Origin: Reyranella sp.
GTDB taxonomy: Bacteria; Pseudomonadota; Alphaproteobacteria; Reyranellales; Reyranellaceae
DNA: 64,000 bases
Assembly: GCA_046296475.1 (NCBI GenBank)
Contig: JBKBLH010000023.1
Coordinates: forward strand, 24,649-88,648
Reading direction: 5' to 3'
Below, in pieces: positions 36,387 to 47,016 of this stretch. The notes below the pieces were generated by a model. It ran no database searches and was not told the DNA's origin. It saw only the letters and a program-made list of their open reading frames with translations. Numbering within the stretch: position 1 is the first letter of the stretch; each line of letters starts with the position of its first letter. Both the position numbers and the translations under genes were made by a program.

Positions 36387-36623
36387 GGACCCTCTCAGGC
36401 GACATTGTTGAGAAACAGCAACTGCCCTGCGGCCGCCATCGCTGCCGCTCCGGCAATGACCATCAGAAGGACCATGCCACGCAGGGTCATGGTTCGAACG
36501 GTGTGCCTGCGAGGACGCACCGTCAAGATGACCACCTCACCTCCCCCACGCTTCGCGCGGGGCCCCTTCCTCTCCCCCGCAGCGCGGCGGAGAGGACATT
36601 CGAGGGTCGTGTTTTCCTTGGGC

Positions 36624-38837
<2,214 letters not shown>

Positions 38838-38842
38838 CTAAG

Positions 38843-38859
38843 ATTAGAACGATTCTAAA
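38843..38859. promoter_or_regulatory. Iron Control Element (Irr-box)-like palindrome upstream of katG
   Basis: ATTAGAA-CGA-TTCTAAA matches the ICE consensus TTTAGAA-N3-TTCTAAA at 16/17 specified-plus-spacer positions. It lies 36-52 nt upstream of the katG ATG and overlaps a TAATCT -10-like hexamer on the katG strand. Confidence 0.5.
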
Positions 38860-38929
38860 TTGGAAGTCACGTTCTTTGTCGAACGGACTTGAGTTTCGAC
38901 CGGACGGGACGGGCGCGCCACCTGTGCTT

Positions 38930-38944
38930 TGGCATGGTTCTCGC
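38930..38944 (+). promoter_or_regulatory. sigma-54 (-24/-12)-like promoter candidate upstream of a family-5 SBP gene
   Basis: TGGCATG-gttc-TCGC compares with TGGCACG-N4-TTGC. The GG and GC have correct 10-nt internal spacing, 42 nt upstream of ATG 38986. Confidence 0.3.
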
Positions 38945-38985
38945 CTCCGCGGAGACAACGACCACAAGGAAACAGGGACCTTCGC

Positions 38986-40587
38986 ATGATCTTCCGCAAT
39001 AAAGCCGTTCTGGGAACCGTCGCGCTGCTGGCGGCGCTGGCCGCGACCCCGGTGCTGGCGCAGGGCACGCTGCGCGTCGGCATGACCGCCTCGGACATTC
39101 CGCTCACCACCGGCCAGACCGACCAGGGCGGCGAAGGCATGCGGTTCATGGGCTATACGGTCTATGACGCGCTCATCAACTGGGACCTTTCCTCGGCCGA
39201 GAAGGCCTCGGTGCCGGTGCCGGGCCTCGCGACGTCGTGGAAGGTCGACGAGGCCAATCCGACGCGTTGGACCTTCACCCTGCGCGACGGCGTGAAGTTC
39301 CACGACGGCAGCGACTTCAAGGCCGACGCCGTGGTCTGGAACCTCGACAAGATCCTGAACGACAAGTCGCCGCAGTTCGACCCCAAGCAGGCGGCGCAGG
39401 GCCGCTCGCGCATTCCCGCCGTCGCCTCCTACAAGGTGATCGACGACCGGACGGTCGAGATCACGACCAAAGCGCCCGACGCCTTCCTGCCCTACCAGAT
39501 CTCCTGGATCATGATGTCGAGCCCGGCGCAGTGGGAGAAGGTCGGCAAGGACTGGAACAAGTTCGCGCAGACCCCGTCGGGCACCGGCCCGTGGAAGGTC
39601 ACGGCCTTCCAGCCGCAGACCCGCGCCGAGCTTTCGCCGAACAAGGACTATTGGGACAAGGCCCGGATTCCGAAGCTCGACAAGATGGTGCTCCTGCCGA
39701 TCCCCGAGCCTGCCACCCGCACGGCGGCGCTGCGCTCGGGCCAGGTCGACTGGATCGAGGCGCCCTCGCCCGACGCGATCCCCAGCCTGGAGAAGGCGGG
39801 CTTCAAGCTCATCAGCAACGCCTATCCGCACAACTGGACCTGGCACCTCTCCTTCGCCGACGGCTCGCCGTGGAAGGACGTGCGCGTGCGCAAGGCGGCC
39901 AACCTCGCCGTCGATCGCGAGGGGCTGAAGGTGTTGCTGAAGGGCATGATGATCCCGGCCAAGGGCTTCCTCACGCCGGGCAGCCAGTGGTTCGGCAGCC
40001 CGAGCTTCGACGTGAAGTTCGATCCGGAGGCCGCGAAGAAGCTGCTGGCCGAGGCCGGCTTCAGCAAGGCCAAGCCGGTGACGGCGAAGGTACTGATCTC
40101 GAGCTCGGGCTCAGGCCAGATGCTGCCGCTGCCGATGAACGAGTACATCCAGCAGAACCTGGCCGACGTCGGCATCAAGATCGAGTTCGAGGTCGCCGAG
40201 TGGAACACGCTGATCAACCTGTGGCGGGCCGGCGCCAAGTCGGACCTGGCCAAGGGCGCCAGCGCGCTGAACTTCAGCTACTTCATCCAGGACCCGTTCA
40301 CCGCCTTCATCCGTCATCTCGATTCCAAGCTGGTGGCGCCCAACGGCACCAACTGGGGCTTCTACCAGGACCCGGGCATGGACGCGCTGCTGGAGAAGGC
40401 GCGCACGACCTTCGACCCGAAGGCGCAGGACGAGGCACTGAAGAAGGTCCACGAGAAGATCGTCGACGACGCGCTGTTCCTGTTCGTGACGCATGACGTC
40501 GCGCCGCGCGCCCTGTCGCCCAAGGTCACGGGCTTCATCCAGGCCCAGAACTGGTTCCAGGACTTCTCGCCGATCACGATCAAGTAG
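38986..40587 (+). CDS. ABC transporter substrate-binding protein, family 5 (peptide/nickel/opine type)
   Basis: 533 aa from ATG 38986 with signal MIFRNKAVLGTVALLAALAATPVLAQG. No adjacent Dpp/Opp-type permease genes. Confidence 0.85.
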   Translation: MIFRNKAVLGTVALLAALAATPVLAQGTLRVGMTASDIPLTTGQTDQGGEGMRFMGYTVYDALINWDLSSAEKASVPVPGLATSWKVDEANPTRWTFTLRDGVKFHDGSDFKADAVVWNLDKILNDKSPQFDPKQAAQGRSRIPAVASYKVIDDRTVEITTKAPDAFLPYQISWIMMSSPAQWEKVGKDWNKFAQTPSGTGPWKVTAFQPQTRAELSPNKDYWDKARIPKLDKMVLLPIPEPATRTAALRSGQVDWIEAPSPDAIPSLEKAGFKLISNAYPHNWTWHLSFADGSPWKDVRVRKAANLAVDREGLKVLLKGMMIPAKGFLTPGSQWFGSPSFDVKFDPEAAKKLLAEAGFSKAKPVTAKVLISSSGSGQMLPLPMNEYIQQNLADVGIKIEFEVAEWNTLINLWRAGAKSDLAKGASALNFSYFIQDPFTAFIRHLDSKLVAPNGTNWGFYQDPGMDALLEKARTTFDPKAQDEALKKVHEKIVDDALFLFVTHDVAPRALSPKVTGFIQAQNWFQDFSPITIK

Positions 40588-40597
40588 GACTCATATT

Positions 40598-40621
40598 CCT
40601 CTCCCCCTAGAGGGGGCGAGG
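40598..40621. terminator. hairpin between convergent genes (putative bidirectional terminator)
   Basis: In CCTCTCCCCC-TAGA-GGGGGCGAGG, CCCCC/GGGGG form the core stem and outer pairs extend it. It sits in a 45-nt convergent gap. Confidence 0.4.
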
Positions 40622-40632
40622 AGCATGAAGGC

Positions 40633-41976
40633 TCACGCCCGCACCCGGTCCCACCAGTCGCGGGTGCGGTACCAGGCGCCGACGAAGGGCAGGACCCATT
40701 CGGGGTTGCCGCTGTAGAAGGGGACGGTCGGGAAGTCCTGGCCGTCGAAGGCGTTGACGGGCGCGTTCGAGCCGCCGGCGATCTTCCGCGCGGTCTGGTA
40801 GCCGAGATAGGACATCATCGCGACGCCCGAACCGTTGCAGGCCATCAGATAGTGCATGCCCTGCTCCATGCCCATGTGCGGCAGGAAGTCGAAGGCGAAG
40901 GCCACGTTGCCGGTCCAGGCGTGCGTCACCTTCACGCCCTTGAGCTGCGGCCAGCGCTCCAGCATGTAGCCGTGCAGCACCGGCGCGCTGACCTCGGGCG
41001 TCACCTGGGTGAAGCGGGCGCGGCCGCCGAAGATCACGCGCTTATTGTCCGGCGATTGGCGGTAATAGCAGAGCACGCGCTTGGTATCGGAGACGACGCG
41101 GTTCTTTGGGATGAGGCTCTGAACCAGATCCTCGGGCAGCTCCTCGGTCGCGATGATGTGGCTGGCGACTGGCACCAGCTTCCGCCGGAGCGTTGGCGTC
41201 AGCTCGGTCGTATAGCCGTTGGTCGCGATCACCACTTCGCGCGCCTCGATCGGGCCCTTGCTGGTGAGAACCCGGAACCCGCCTCCTGCTCCCTTGGGCT
41301 TGCGTTCGATCTTCTCGGCGTCGCAGTTGGCGCAGAGCTTTGCGCCGGCGCGATGCGCCGCCTTGAGCAGGCCGCCATAGTAGAGCGCGGGATGGAGCTG
41401 GCCGGTGCGCTCCACGACCATGCCGCCATAGTAGTAGTCGGAGGCGATCTCCTCGCGCTGGCGCTCGCGCGGGATCATGTAGGTGCCCAGCGCCGCCTTC
41501 TCGTTGTAGGTCGCGACCTTGGCCTGCTGTTCGGCGAAGTGGCGCGGCGTGTAGGCGCCGCTGAAGCGGCCGTTCATGCGCCAGAAGCATTCAATGCCCT
41601 CGCGCTCGATCACCGTCTCGACCTGCGCCAGCGAATCGGCGGCATCGCTCAGCATGCGCGCCATCACCTTCTTCCACGCCTCGGGGTCGCCGCCGACGCC
41701 CTTGCCGGAGAAGCCCTTGCCCATCGTCGTGCCGCCGCTGACGCCGCCGCCATTGCGCGTCGAGGCGCCGACGCCGAAATCGCCGCGCTCCAGCACGGTC
41801 ACCTCGACGCCCGAGCGCGCCAGCTCGAGCCCGGTCGACAGTCCGCCATAGCCCGCACCGACCACCAGCACGTCGGTCTTGAGCGGCGGATCCTGGCTCA
41901 GCTCGTTCGAGGGATGCCACCATTCCCACCACCAGGGTGTCGCCTTGAAATCCTTGTGGAAGATGCTGTCGGCCAT
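40633..41976 (-). CDS. FAD-dependent oxidoreductase (DAO family; gamma-glutamylputrescine oxidase/OrdL-like)
   Basis: 447 aa from ATG 41976, after GGAGAG. The dinucleotide fold is DVLVVGAGYGGLSTGLELA. It is the last gene of the PotDABC-type operon (10-nt gap to the permease) and a paralogue of 52345-53670. Confidence 0.85.
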   Translation of the reverse strand: MADSIFHKDFKATPWWWEWWHPSNELSQDPPLKTDVLVVGAGYGGLSTGLELARSGVEVTVLERGDFGVGASTRNGGGVSGGTTMGKGFSGKGVGGDPEAWKKVMARMLSDAADSLAQVETVIEREGIECFWRMNGRFSGAYTPRHFAEQQAKVATYNEKAALGTYMIPRERQREEIASDYYYGGMVVERTGQLHPALYYGGLLKAAHRAGAKLCANCDAEKIERKPKGAGGGFRVLTSKGPIEAREVVIATNGYTTELTPTLRRKLVPVASHIIATEELPEDLVQSLIPKNRVVSDTKRVLCYYRQSPDNKRVIFGGRARFTQVTPEVSAPVLHGYMLERWPQLKGVKVTHAWTGNVAFAFDFLPHMGMEQGMHYLMACNGSGVAMMSYLGYQTARKIAGGSNAPVNAFDGQDFPTVPFYSGNPEWVLPFVGAWYRTRDWWDRVRA

Positions 41977-41986
41977 GGCGACTCTC

Positions 41987-42766
41987 CTAACGCGCACTGT
42001 CCTTGAGGCCCCGCCCGAAACGACCGATCAGCACCAGGACGATCGACACCAGAATGATCTGCATCACCGAGACGGCGGCGATGGTCGGGTCGATCTCCAT
42101 CAGGATATTGTCGAACATCTTCTTCGGGAGCGTCATGTTGGCGCCGGCGAGGAACAGCGCCACGACGACCTCGTCGAACGAGGAGATGAAGGCGAGCAAG
42201 CCGGCCGAGACGAGGCTGGGCCGCAGCAGCGGCAGGGTGATGCGCGCGAGCGTACGCCAGCGGCTGGCGCCCAGACCTTCGGCCGCCTGTTCCAGCGAGC
42301 GGTCGAAGTCACGCAGCCCCGCGCCGATCACCAGCACCACGAAGGGCAGAGCCAGTATCGTGTGGGCGATCGTGAGCCCGTACCAGGTGCCAATCAGCTT
42401 CAGCTTGGCGAACAGGCCATAGATCGCCACGGAGAGAATGATGGTCGGCACGATCACCGGCGCGAGCGCCAGCCGGTCGATCAGGACGCGGCCGAAGAAT
42501 TTCCCGCGCACCAGCGCGAAGGCGAGCGGCACGCCCAGCAGCAGAGCGAAGACCGCCGTCGCGCTGCCGATGTAGAGCGAGCGCCAGGTCGCATCGATCC
42601 ATTGCGGATCGTCGAGATAGCGCTCGTACCACTGCCAGGACAGGCCGGGCGGCGGGAACTGCATATAGGGCGCCGACGATAGCGAGATCGGGAAGACGAC
42701 CAGCAGCGGCAGCATCAGGAAGAAGTAGATGAGGCCGCACGACAGGACGAGGAGACGCCGGCTCAT
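41987..42766 (-). CDS. ABC transporter permease (PotC/spermidine-putrescine type)
   Basis: 259 aa with 6 hydrophobic segments and an EAA-like loop (…LEQAAEGLGASRWRTLARITLP…). It overlaps the upstream permease by 4 nt. Confidence 0.85.
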   Translation of the reverse strand: MSRRLLVLSCGLIYFFLMLPLLVVFPISLSSAPYMQFPPPGLSWQWYERYLDDPQWIDATWRSLYIGSATAVFALLLGVPLAFALVRGKFFGRVLIDRLALAPVIVPTIILSVAIYGLFAKLKLIGTWYGLTIAHTILALPFVVLVIGAGLRDFDRSLEQAAEGLGASRWRTLARITLPLLRPSLVSAGLLAFISSFDEVVVALFLAGANMTLPKKMFDNILMEIDPTIAAVSVMQIILVSIVLVLIGRFGRGLKDSAR

Positions 42767-43578
42767 CGCGCGGCCTCCGTCTCCGTCCGCGTGAAGCGCT
42801 GCGCCATCGCATAGACGGCGAAGGTGAAGACCAGCAGCACCGCCGACAGCGCCGCCGCGAACGGCCAGTTCAGCGCCTCGCGCACCTGCTGTTCGATCAG
42901 AACGGCGATCATCATGACCCGCCCGCCGCCCAGCAGCGCCGGGGTGATGAAGAAACCCAGCGACAGCACGAACACCAGCACCGAGCCCGCGAAGATGCCA
43001 TTCAGGGTGAGTGGGAGGTAGATGCGGCGGAAGATGGCGAAGCTCGACGCGCCTAGTCCCGCGGCAGCCGCGGGAATGGCCGGATCGACCTTGCGCACCG
43101 CGCCGTAGATCGGCAGCACCATGTAGGGCAGCAGCACATGCACCATGCCGATCAGCACGCCGGTAAAATTGTGCAGGAGCGGGATCGGATCGCTGATGAT
43201 GCCCGCTTCCATCAGCGTGCGATTGAAGACGCCGTTGCGGCCCAGCAGCACCATCCAGGCATAGGTGCGCACCAACACCGAGGTCCAGAGCGGCAGCAGG
43301 ACGAAGATGAAGCCGACGGTCGCCCAGAAGGGTGTGGTCGTGGCCATCAGGAAGCCCAGCGGATAGCCCAGCAGGAGGCAGAAGAAGGTGACCAGCAGCG
43401 CTATCTCGAAGGTGTTCCAGAAGACCCGGAGATAGAGCTGTTCGCCCAGCGCCTTGGCGTACCAGTCGAGCGTCCCGCCCTCGAGGCTGAAGCCCAGCAT
43501 GCGCACGACCGGAAACAGGAAGAACACGAAGAGCAGCAATAGCGCCGGCAGTGCGGGAAGGAAGCCGCGGGACTTCAT
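42763..43578 (-). CDS. ABC transporter permease (PotB type)
   Basis: 271 aa, polytopic, with EAA-like loop (…AAAGLGASSFAIFRRIYLP…). Confidence 0.85.
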   Translation of the reverse strand: MKSRGFLPALPALLLLFVFFLFPVVRMLGFSLEGGTLDWYAKALGEQLYLRVFWNTFEIALLVTFFCLLLGYPLGFLMATTTPFWATVGFIFVLLPLWTSVLVRTYAWMVLLGRNGVFNRTLMEAGIISDPIPLLHNFTGVLIGMVHVLLPYMVLPIYGAVRKVDPAIPAAAAGLGASSFAIFRRIYLPLTLNGIFAGSVLVFVLSLGFFITPALLGGGRVMMIAVLIEQQVREALNWPFAAALSAVLLVFTFAVYAMAQRFTRTETEAAR

Positions 43579-43603
43579 TGCACCAAGTGTCCCAACACTC
43601 TCC

Positions 43604-43653
43604 GTGTCATCCTGAGCGAAGCGAAGGATCCTTCGCTTCGCTCAGGATGACAC
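43604..43653. repeat. perfect 50-bp palindrome inside an ABC operon (REP/MITE-like)
   Basis: GTGTCATCCTGAGCGAAGCGAAGGA|TCCTTCGCTTCGCTCAGGATGACAC. The two 25-nt halves are exact reverse complements. It sits in the 93-nt gap between the ATPase stop (43672) and the permease start (43578). Confidence 0.85.
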
Positions 43654-43671
43654 TGACGGAGGTGGTGCGCC

Positions 43672-44718
43672 CTAGAACACATGGATCGACTCGGGCCCGA
43701 TGCCGACGGCCACGCGCGTGCCGGCGGCAGGCAAGGCGCCGCGGGCGGGCTGGCGCACCAGCAGTTCGAGGCCGCCGTCGCAGGCGAGCCGCAGCTTGAA
43801 CGAGGTGCCGAGATAGACCGATTCGATCACCTCGCCGGCGAAGGCATTGGCGCCCGACGGTGCGAAGCGCTCGGGGCGCATCAGCACGCCGACCTTGGTA
43901 CCGACGGGCTTGTCGCTGCGGACCTGCAACGTACGCCCGCCATCCAGCGTCACGGTGCCGGGCGCGCCGATCGTGCCGTGGAAGATGTTGCTCTCGCCCA
44001 CGAAGTCGGCGACGAAATCGTTGGCCGGCCGCTCGTAGATCTCCGTCGTCGTGGCAATCTGCTGGATCGTTCCTCTGTTCATCACCGCGATGCGGTCGGA
44101 GAGGACCAGCGCCTCCTCTTGGTCGTGGGTGATGAAGATGGTCGTGAGGCCGAGGCGGCGCTGCAGGCGGCGCACTTCGAGCTGCATCGTCTCGCGCAGC
44201 TTGCGATCGAGCGCCCCGAAGGGCTCGTCCAGCAGCAGGAGACGCGGGTTGAAGACGATGGCGCGCGCCAGCGCCACCCTCTGTTGCTGGCCGCCGGACA
44301 GCTGCCGCGGCAGGCGCGCCTCGTAGCCCTTCAGCTCGACCATCGCCAGCGCCTCGCCGACGCGCCGCTCGATCTCGGGCTTGGCGACGTTCCGCATCTC
44401 CAGCGGAAAGGCGACGTTGGCCGCGACGCTGAGATGCGGGAACAGGGCATAGTTCTGGAACACCATGCCGATGTCTCGTTTCGCCGGCGGCAGCGAGGTG
44501 ATGTCGGCGCCGCCCACCGCCACGCGGCCATCATCGGGCGTCTCGAAGCCGGCAACGACCTTCAGAAGGGTCGTCTTCCCCGAGCCGCTCGGCCCCAGGA
44601 TGGTCAGCAGCTCGCCTTGCGCCACTCGAAGCGAGACGTGGTCGAGCGCGACCACCTCCCCGAACCGCTTGGCCACCCCCTCGATGAGGAGGTCGGCCGA
44701 TCCCCCGCTTGCACTCAA
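43672..44718 (-). CDS. ABC transporter ATP-binding protein (PotA type)
   Basis: 348 aa with Walker A GPSGSGKTT, signature LSGGQQQR and Walker B LLLDEP. Confidence 0.92.
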   Translation of the reverse strand: MSASGGSADLLIEGVAKRFGEVVALDHVSLRVAQGELLTILGPSGSGKTTLLKVVAGFETPDDGRVAVGGADITSLPPAKRDIGMVFQNYALFPHLSVAANVAFPLEMRNVAKPEIERRVGEALAMVELKGYEARLPRQLSGGQQQRVALARAIVFNPRLLLLDEPFGALDRKLRETMQLEVRRLQRRLGLTTIFITHDQEEALVLSDRIAVMNRGTIQQIATTTEIYERPANDFVADFVGESNIFHGTIGAPGTVTLDGGRTLQVRSDKPVGTKVGVLMRPERFAPSGANAFAGEVIESVYLGTSFKLRLACDGGLELLVRQPARGALPAAGTRVAVGIGPESIHVF

Positions 44719-44724
44719 GGAAGA

Positions 44725-45789
44725 TCAGCCCTTCTTCAGCATCCAGGCATTCCACAGCTCGGCCGCCTTGGTGCCGTTCTCGGCGTACCACTGGTCGCTC
44801 ACCCAGAACTGCTGGTCGAGATAGGCGGTCGGCAGGTAGGGCTTCACCTTCGGATCGACGAAGTTCAGCGACTCGAGGTTGAGACCGGGATAGCCGAGCT
44901 CCGAGGCATAGACCGCCTGCTGCTGCGGTATCGCGAGCTCAGCCAGCATCTTGTTGGCCCAGTAGGGGTTCCTGGCGCCGCGCGGGATGGCGAAGCTGCC
45001 CTGCTTCAGCGAGCCCTCGTTCCATTCGATGCCGACCGGCGCGCCCTTCTTGATGATGTCGTAGAAGCGCCCGTTCCAGCCGGTCGCCAGCACGACTTCC
45101 TTATCGAGCAGGAGCTGCGCCGGCTGCTGGCCGGTCGACCACCAGACCGTCACGTGCGGCTTGATCTGGTCGAGCTTCTTGAACGCCCGGTCGAAGTCGA
45201 TCGGATAGAGCTTGTCCTTCGGCACCCCGTCCGCGATCAGCGCGAATTCGAGATTGTCGGTCGGGTGGTTGCGCATGGAACGCGCGCCCGGGAACTTCTT
45301 CACGTCCCACCAGTCGGCCCAGCTCTTGGGCTGGCTCCCGTTCTTGAACACGTCGTTCCGGAAGCCGATGATGGTCGTGTAGACCGACGAGGCGAAGACG
45401 TAGGGGTTCTGCGCCGTCGCCGGATACTTGGAGCGGTCGACGACCTTCGGGTCGATCTTCTCCAGGAGGTTGGCCTTGCCGGCGCGGATCGCATCCTGGC
45501 CGCCGATCTCGGTCAGGTCCCATTCGACGTTGCCGGAATCGACCATCGCGCGCAGCTTGCCGAAGTCGACCGGGCTCGTCTCCACGACCTTGATTCCATA
45601 CTTCTTCTCGAAGCCGTTGAAGAAGGCCTTGCGCATGGCCGAGCCCATCGACCCGCCGGAATGGTTGACGACCAGCTGGGCGGGCTTGGCCGGTTCGGCC
45701 TGTGCGAAGGCCGGCCCGGCGGCGCCGACCGCCGCGGCGCCTCCCAGCAGCGAGAGTGCGTGACGGCGATGCAGGCGCTTGATGTCCAT
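44725..45789 (-). CDS. ABC transporter substrate-binding protein (PotD/PotF extracellular solute-binding family 1)
   Basis: 354 aa from ATG 45789, after GGAGGGG. The signal is MDIKRLHRRHALSLLGGAAAVGAAGPAFA. Confidence 0.8.
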   Translation of the reverse strand: MDIKRLHRRHALSLLGGAAAVGAAGPAFAQAEPAKPAQLVVNHSGGSMGSAMRKAFFNGFEKKYGIKVVETSPVDFGKLRAMVDSGNVEWDLTEIGGQDAIRAGKANLLEKIDPKVVDRSKYPATAQNPYVFASSVYTTIIGFRNDVFKNGSQPKSWADWWDVKKFPGARSMRNHPTDNLEFALIADGVPKDKLYPIDFDRAFKKLDQIKPHVTVWWSTGQQPAQLLLDKEVVLATGWNGRFYDIIKKGAPVGIEWNEGSLKQGSFAIPRGARNPYWANKMLAELAIPQQQAVYASELGYPGLNLESLNFVDPKVKPYLPTAYLDQQFWVSDQWYAENGTKAAELWNAWMLKKG

Positions 45790-45954
45790 GACGTATCCCC
45801 TCCGGAATCCCCACGCGACTGTAGAAGCGGTATCTGCAGGGAGCAACAACCAACACCATAACCTTCTGGAATGACCAGGAGGGACGAATGAATTTCTCCA
45901 CCACTGCGGGTGGCGTCTAACGTCGGCGCCAAGCAACAATGGCGGGGGCCTGCG

Positions 45955-47016
45955 ATGATGAACCGACTGAAGGCGTTGATGTGTGGTGCGGTCCTGGCCT
46001 GCGCGGGCGCGGCCGGTGGCGCGGGTAGTGCTTCGGCGCAGGAACTCACCATGGCGGTGTGGGGCGGCGGCGGCGCCAACACGTGGCGCGAGGCCTTCAT
46101 CAAGCAGTTCAACCCGGGGAACGGCTCCACCATCAAGATGGTCGAGGTGCCGAATCCGGCCGGCGCACTCCGCTCTCCCGCGGCGGCCGGCCAGTACAAC
46201 CTGGCGCTGGTCACCTATTTCGAGGCGATCGCGCTCTCCAACGCGGGCCTAATCGAGAGCTTCGACGACAAGCAGCTCACCGGGATCGCCGACGTCGATC
46301 CGAAATACCTGACCCGGGACAAGGCGGGCCGCCATGTCGGGCTGCCGGTGTACTTCACCTACTACGGGATCGCCTACAATACCGACCTCGCCAAGGCGGA
46401 AGACTTCGCCTCCTGGCAGGGGCTGGCCGACCCGAAGTGGAAGGGCAAGCTATCGCTGACCCGGCCGGTCTATCTGGCGCCCTACGACGCCGTCATCATG
46501 GCCAAGGCGATGGGCGGCAGCGAGAAGGACATCGATCCGGGCTTCAAGCTGCTCGAAAGGATCGTGCCGAACGTGCTGGCGACCTACACGTCGCTCGCCC
46601 ACATGAACACGCTGCTGACGCGCGGCGAGGTGGCGGCCGTTCCCTTCTACGCCTCGCGTGTCTGGGCCTTGCGTCGCCAGGGCGCCAGGAACATCGGCAT
46701 CGTGATTCCCAGGGAGGGCGCGCTGATGCTGCCCTATGTCGTGGTGGTGCCGAAGGGTGCCAAGAACCAGGACAAGACCCTGGTCTGGATGAACTACATC
46801 GCCGGCGCCGAGCCGCAGCTGCGCGCCGCCCTGCTCGACGGCTGGCTGCCAATGAACTCAAAGGTCAAGTTGCCCGAGGACCTGCAGAAGACCCTGGGCC
46901 AGCCCTACGAGCAGATCGTGAAGTCGCTCTACTCGCCCGACTGGCGGTTCATCGTCGAGCACAACGAGGCGCGGGTCGACCGCGCCGAGAAGCTGATGTC
47001 CGGCGTCAAGCAGTGA
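45955..47016 (+). CDS. ABC transporter substrate-binding protein (PotD/PotF-like)
   Basis: 353 aa from ATG 45955 with signal MMNRLKALMCGAVLACAGAAGGAGSASA. It is divergent from the other Pot-type operon. Confidence 0.8.
   Translation: MMNRLKALMCGAVLACAGAAGGAGSASAQELTMAVWGGGGANTWREAFIKQFNPGNGSTIKMVEVPNPAGALRSPAAAGQYNLALVTYFEAIALSNAGLIESFDDKQLTGIADVDPKYLTRDKAGRHVGLPVYFTYYGIAYNTDLAKAEDFASWQGLADPKWKGKLSLTRPVYLAPYDAVIMAKAMGGSEKDIDPGFKLLERIVPNVLATYTSLAHMNTLLTRGEVAAVPFYASRVWALRRQGARNIGIVIPREGALMLPYVVVVPKGAKNQDKTLVWMNYIAGAEPQLRAALLDGWLPMNSKVKLPEDLQKTLGQPYEQIVKSLYSPDWRFIVEHNEARVDRAEKLMSGVKQ

Noticed and set aside
36395-36490. 31-codon hydrophobic ORF (MTLRGMVLLMVIAGAAAMAAAGQLLFLNNVA) ending 8 nt upstream of the low-GC orphan gene
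   Set aside because: It is tempting as a small membrane partner in a two-gene module. However, it has no Shine-Dalgarno sequence, its GC content matches the host rather than the islet, and Ala/Leu/Gly-rich short ORFs arise easily by chance in GC-rich DNA. It would need ribosome profiling or conservation evidence.
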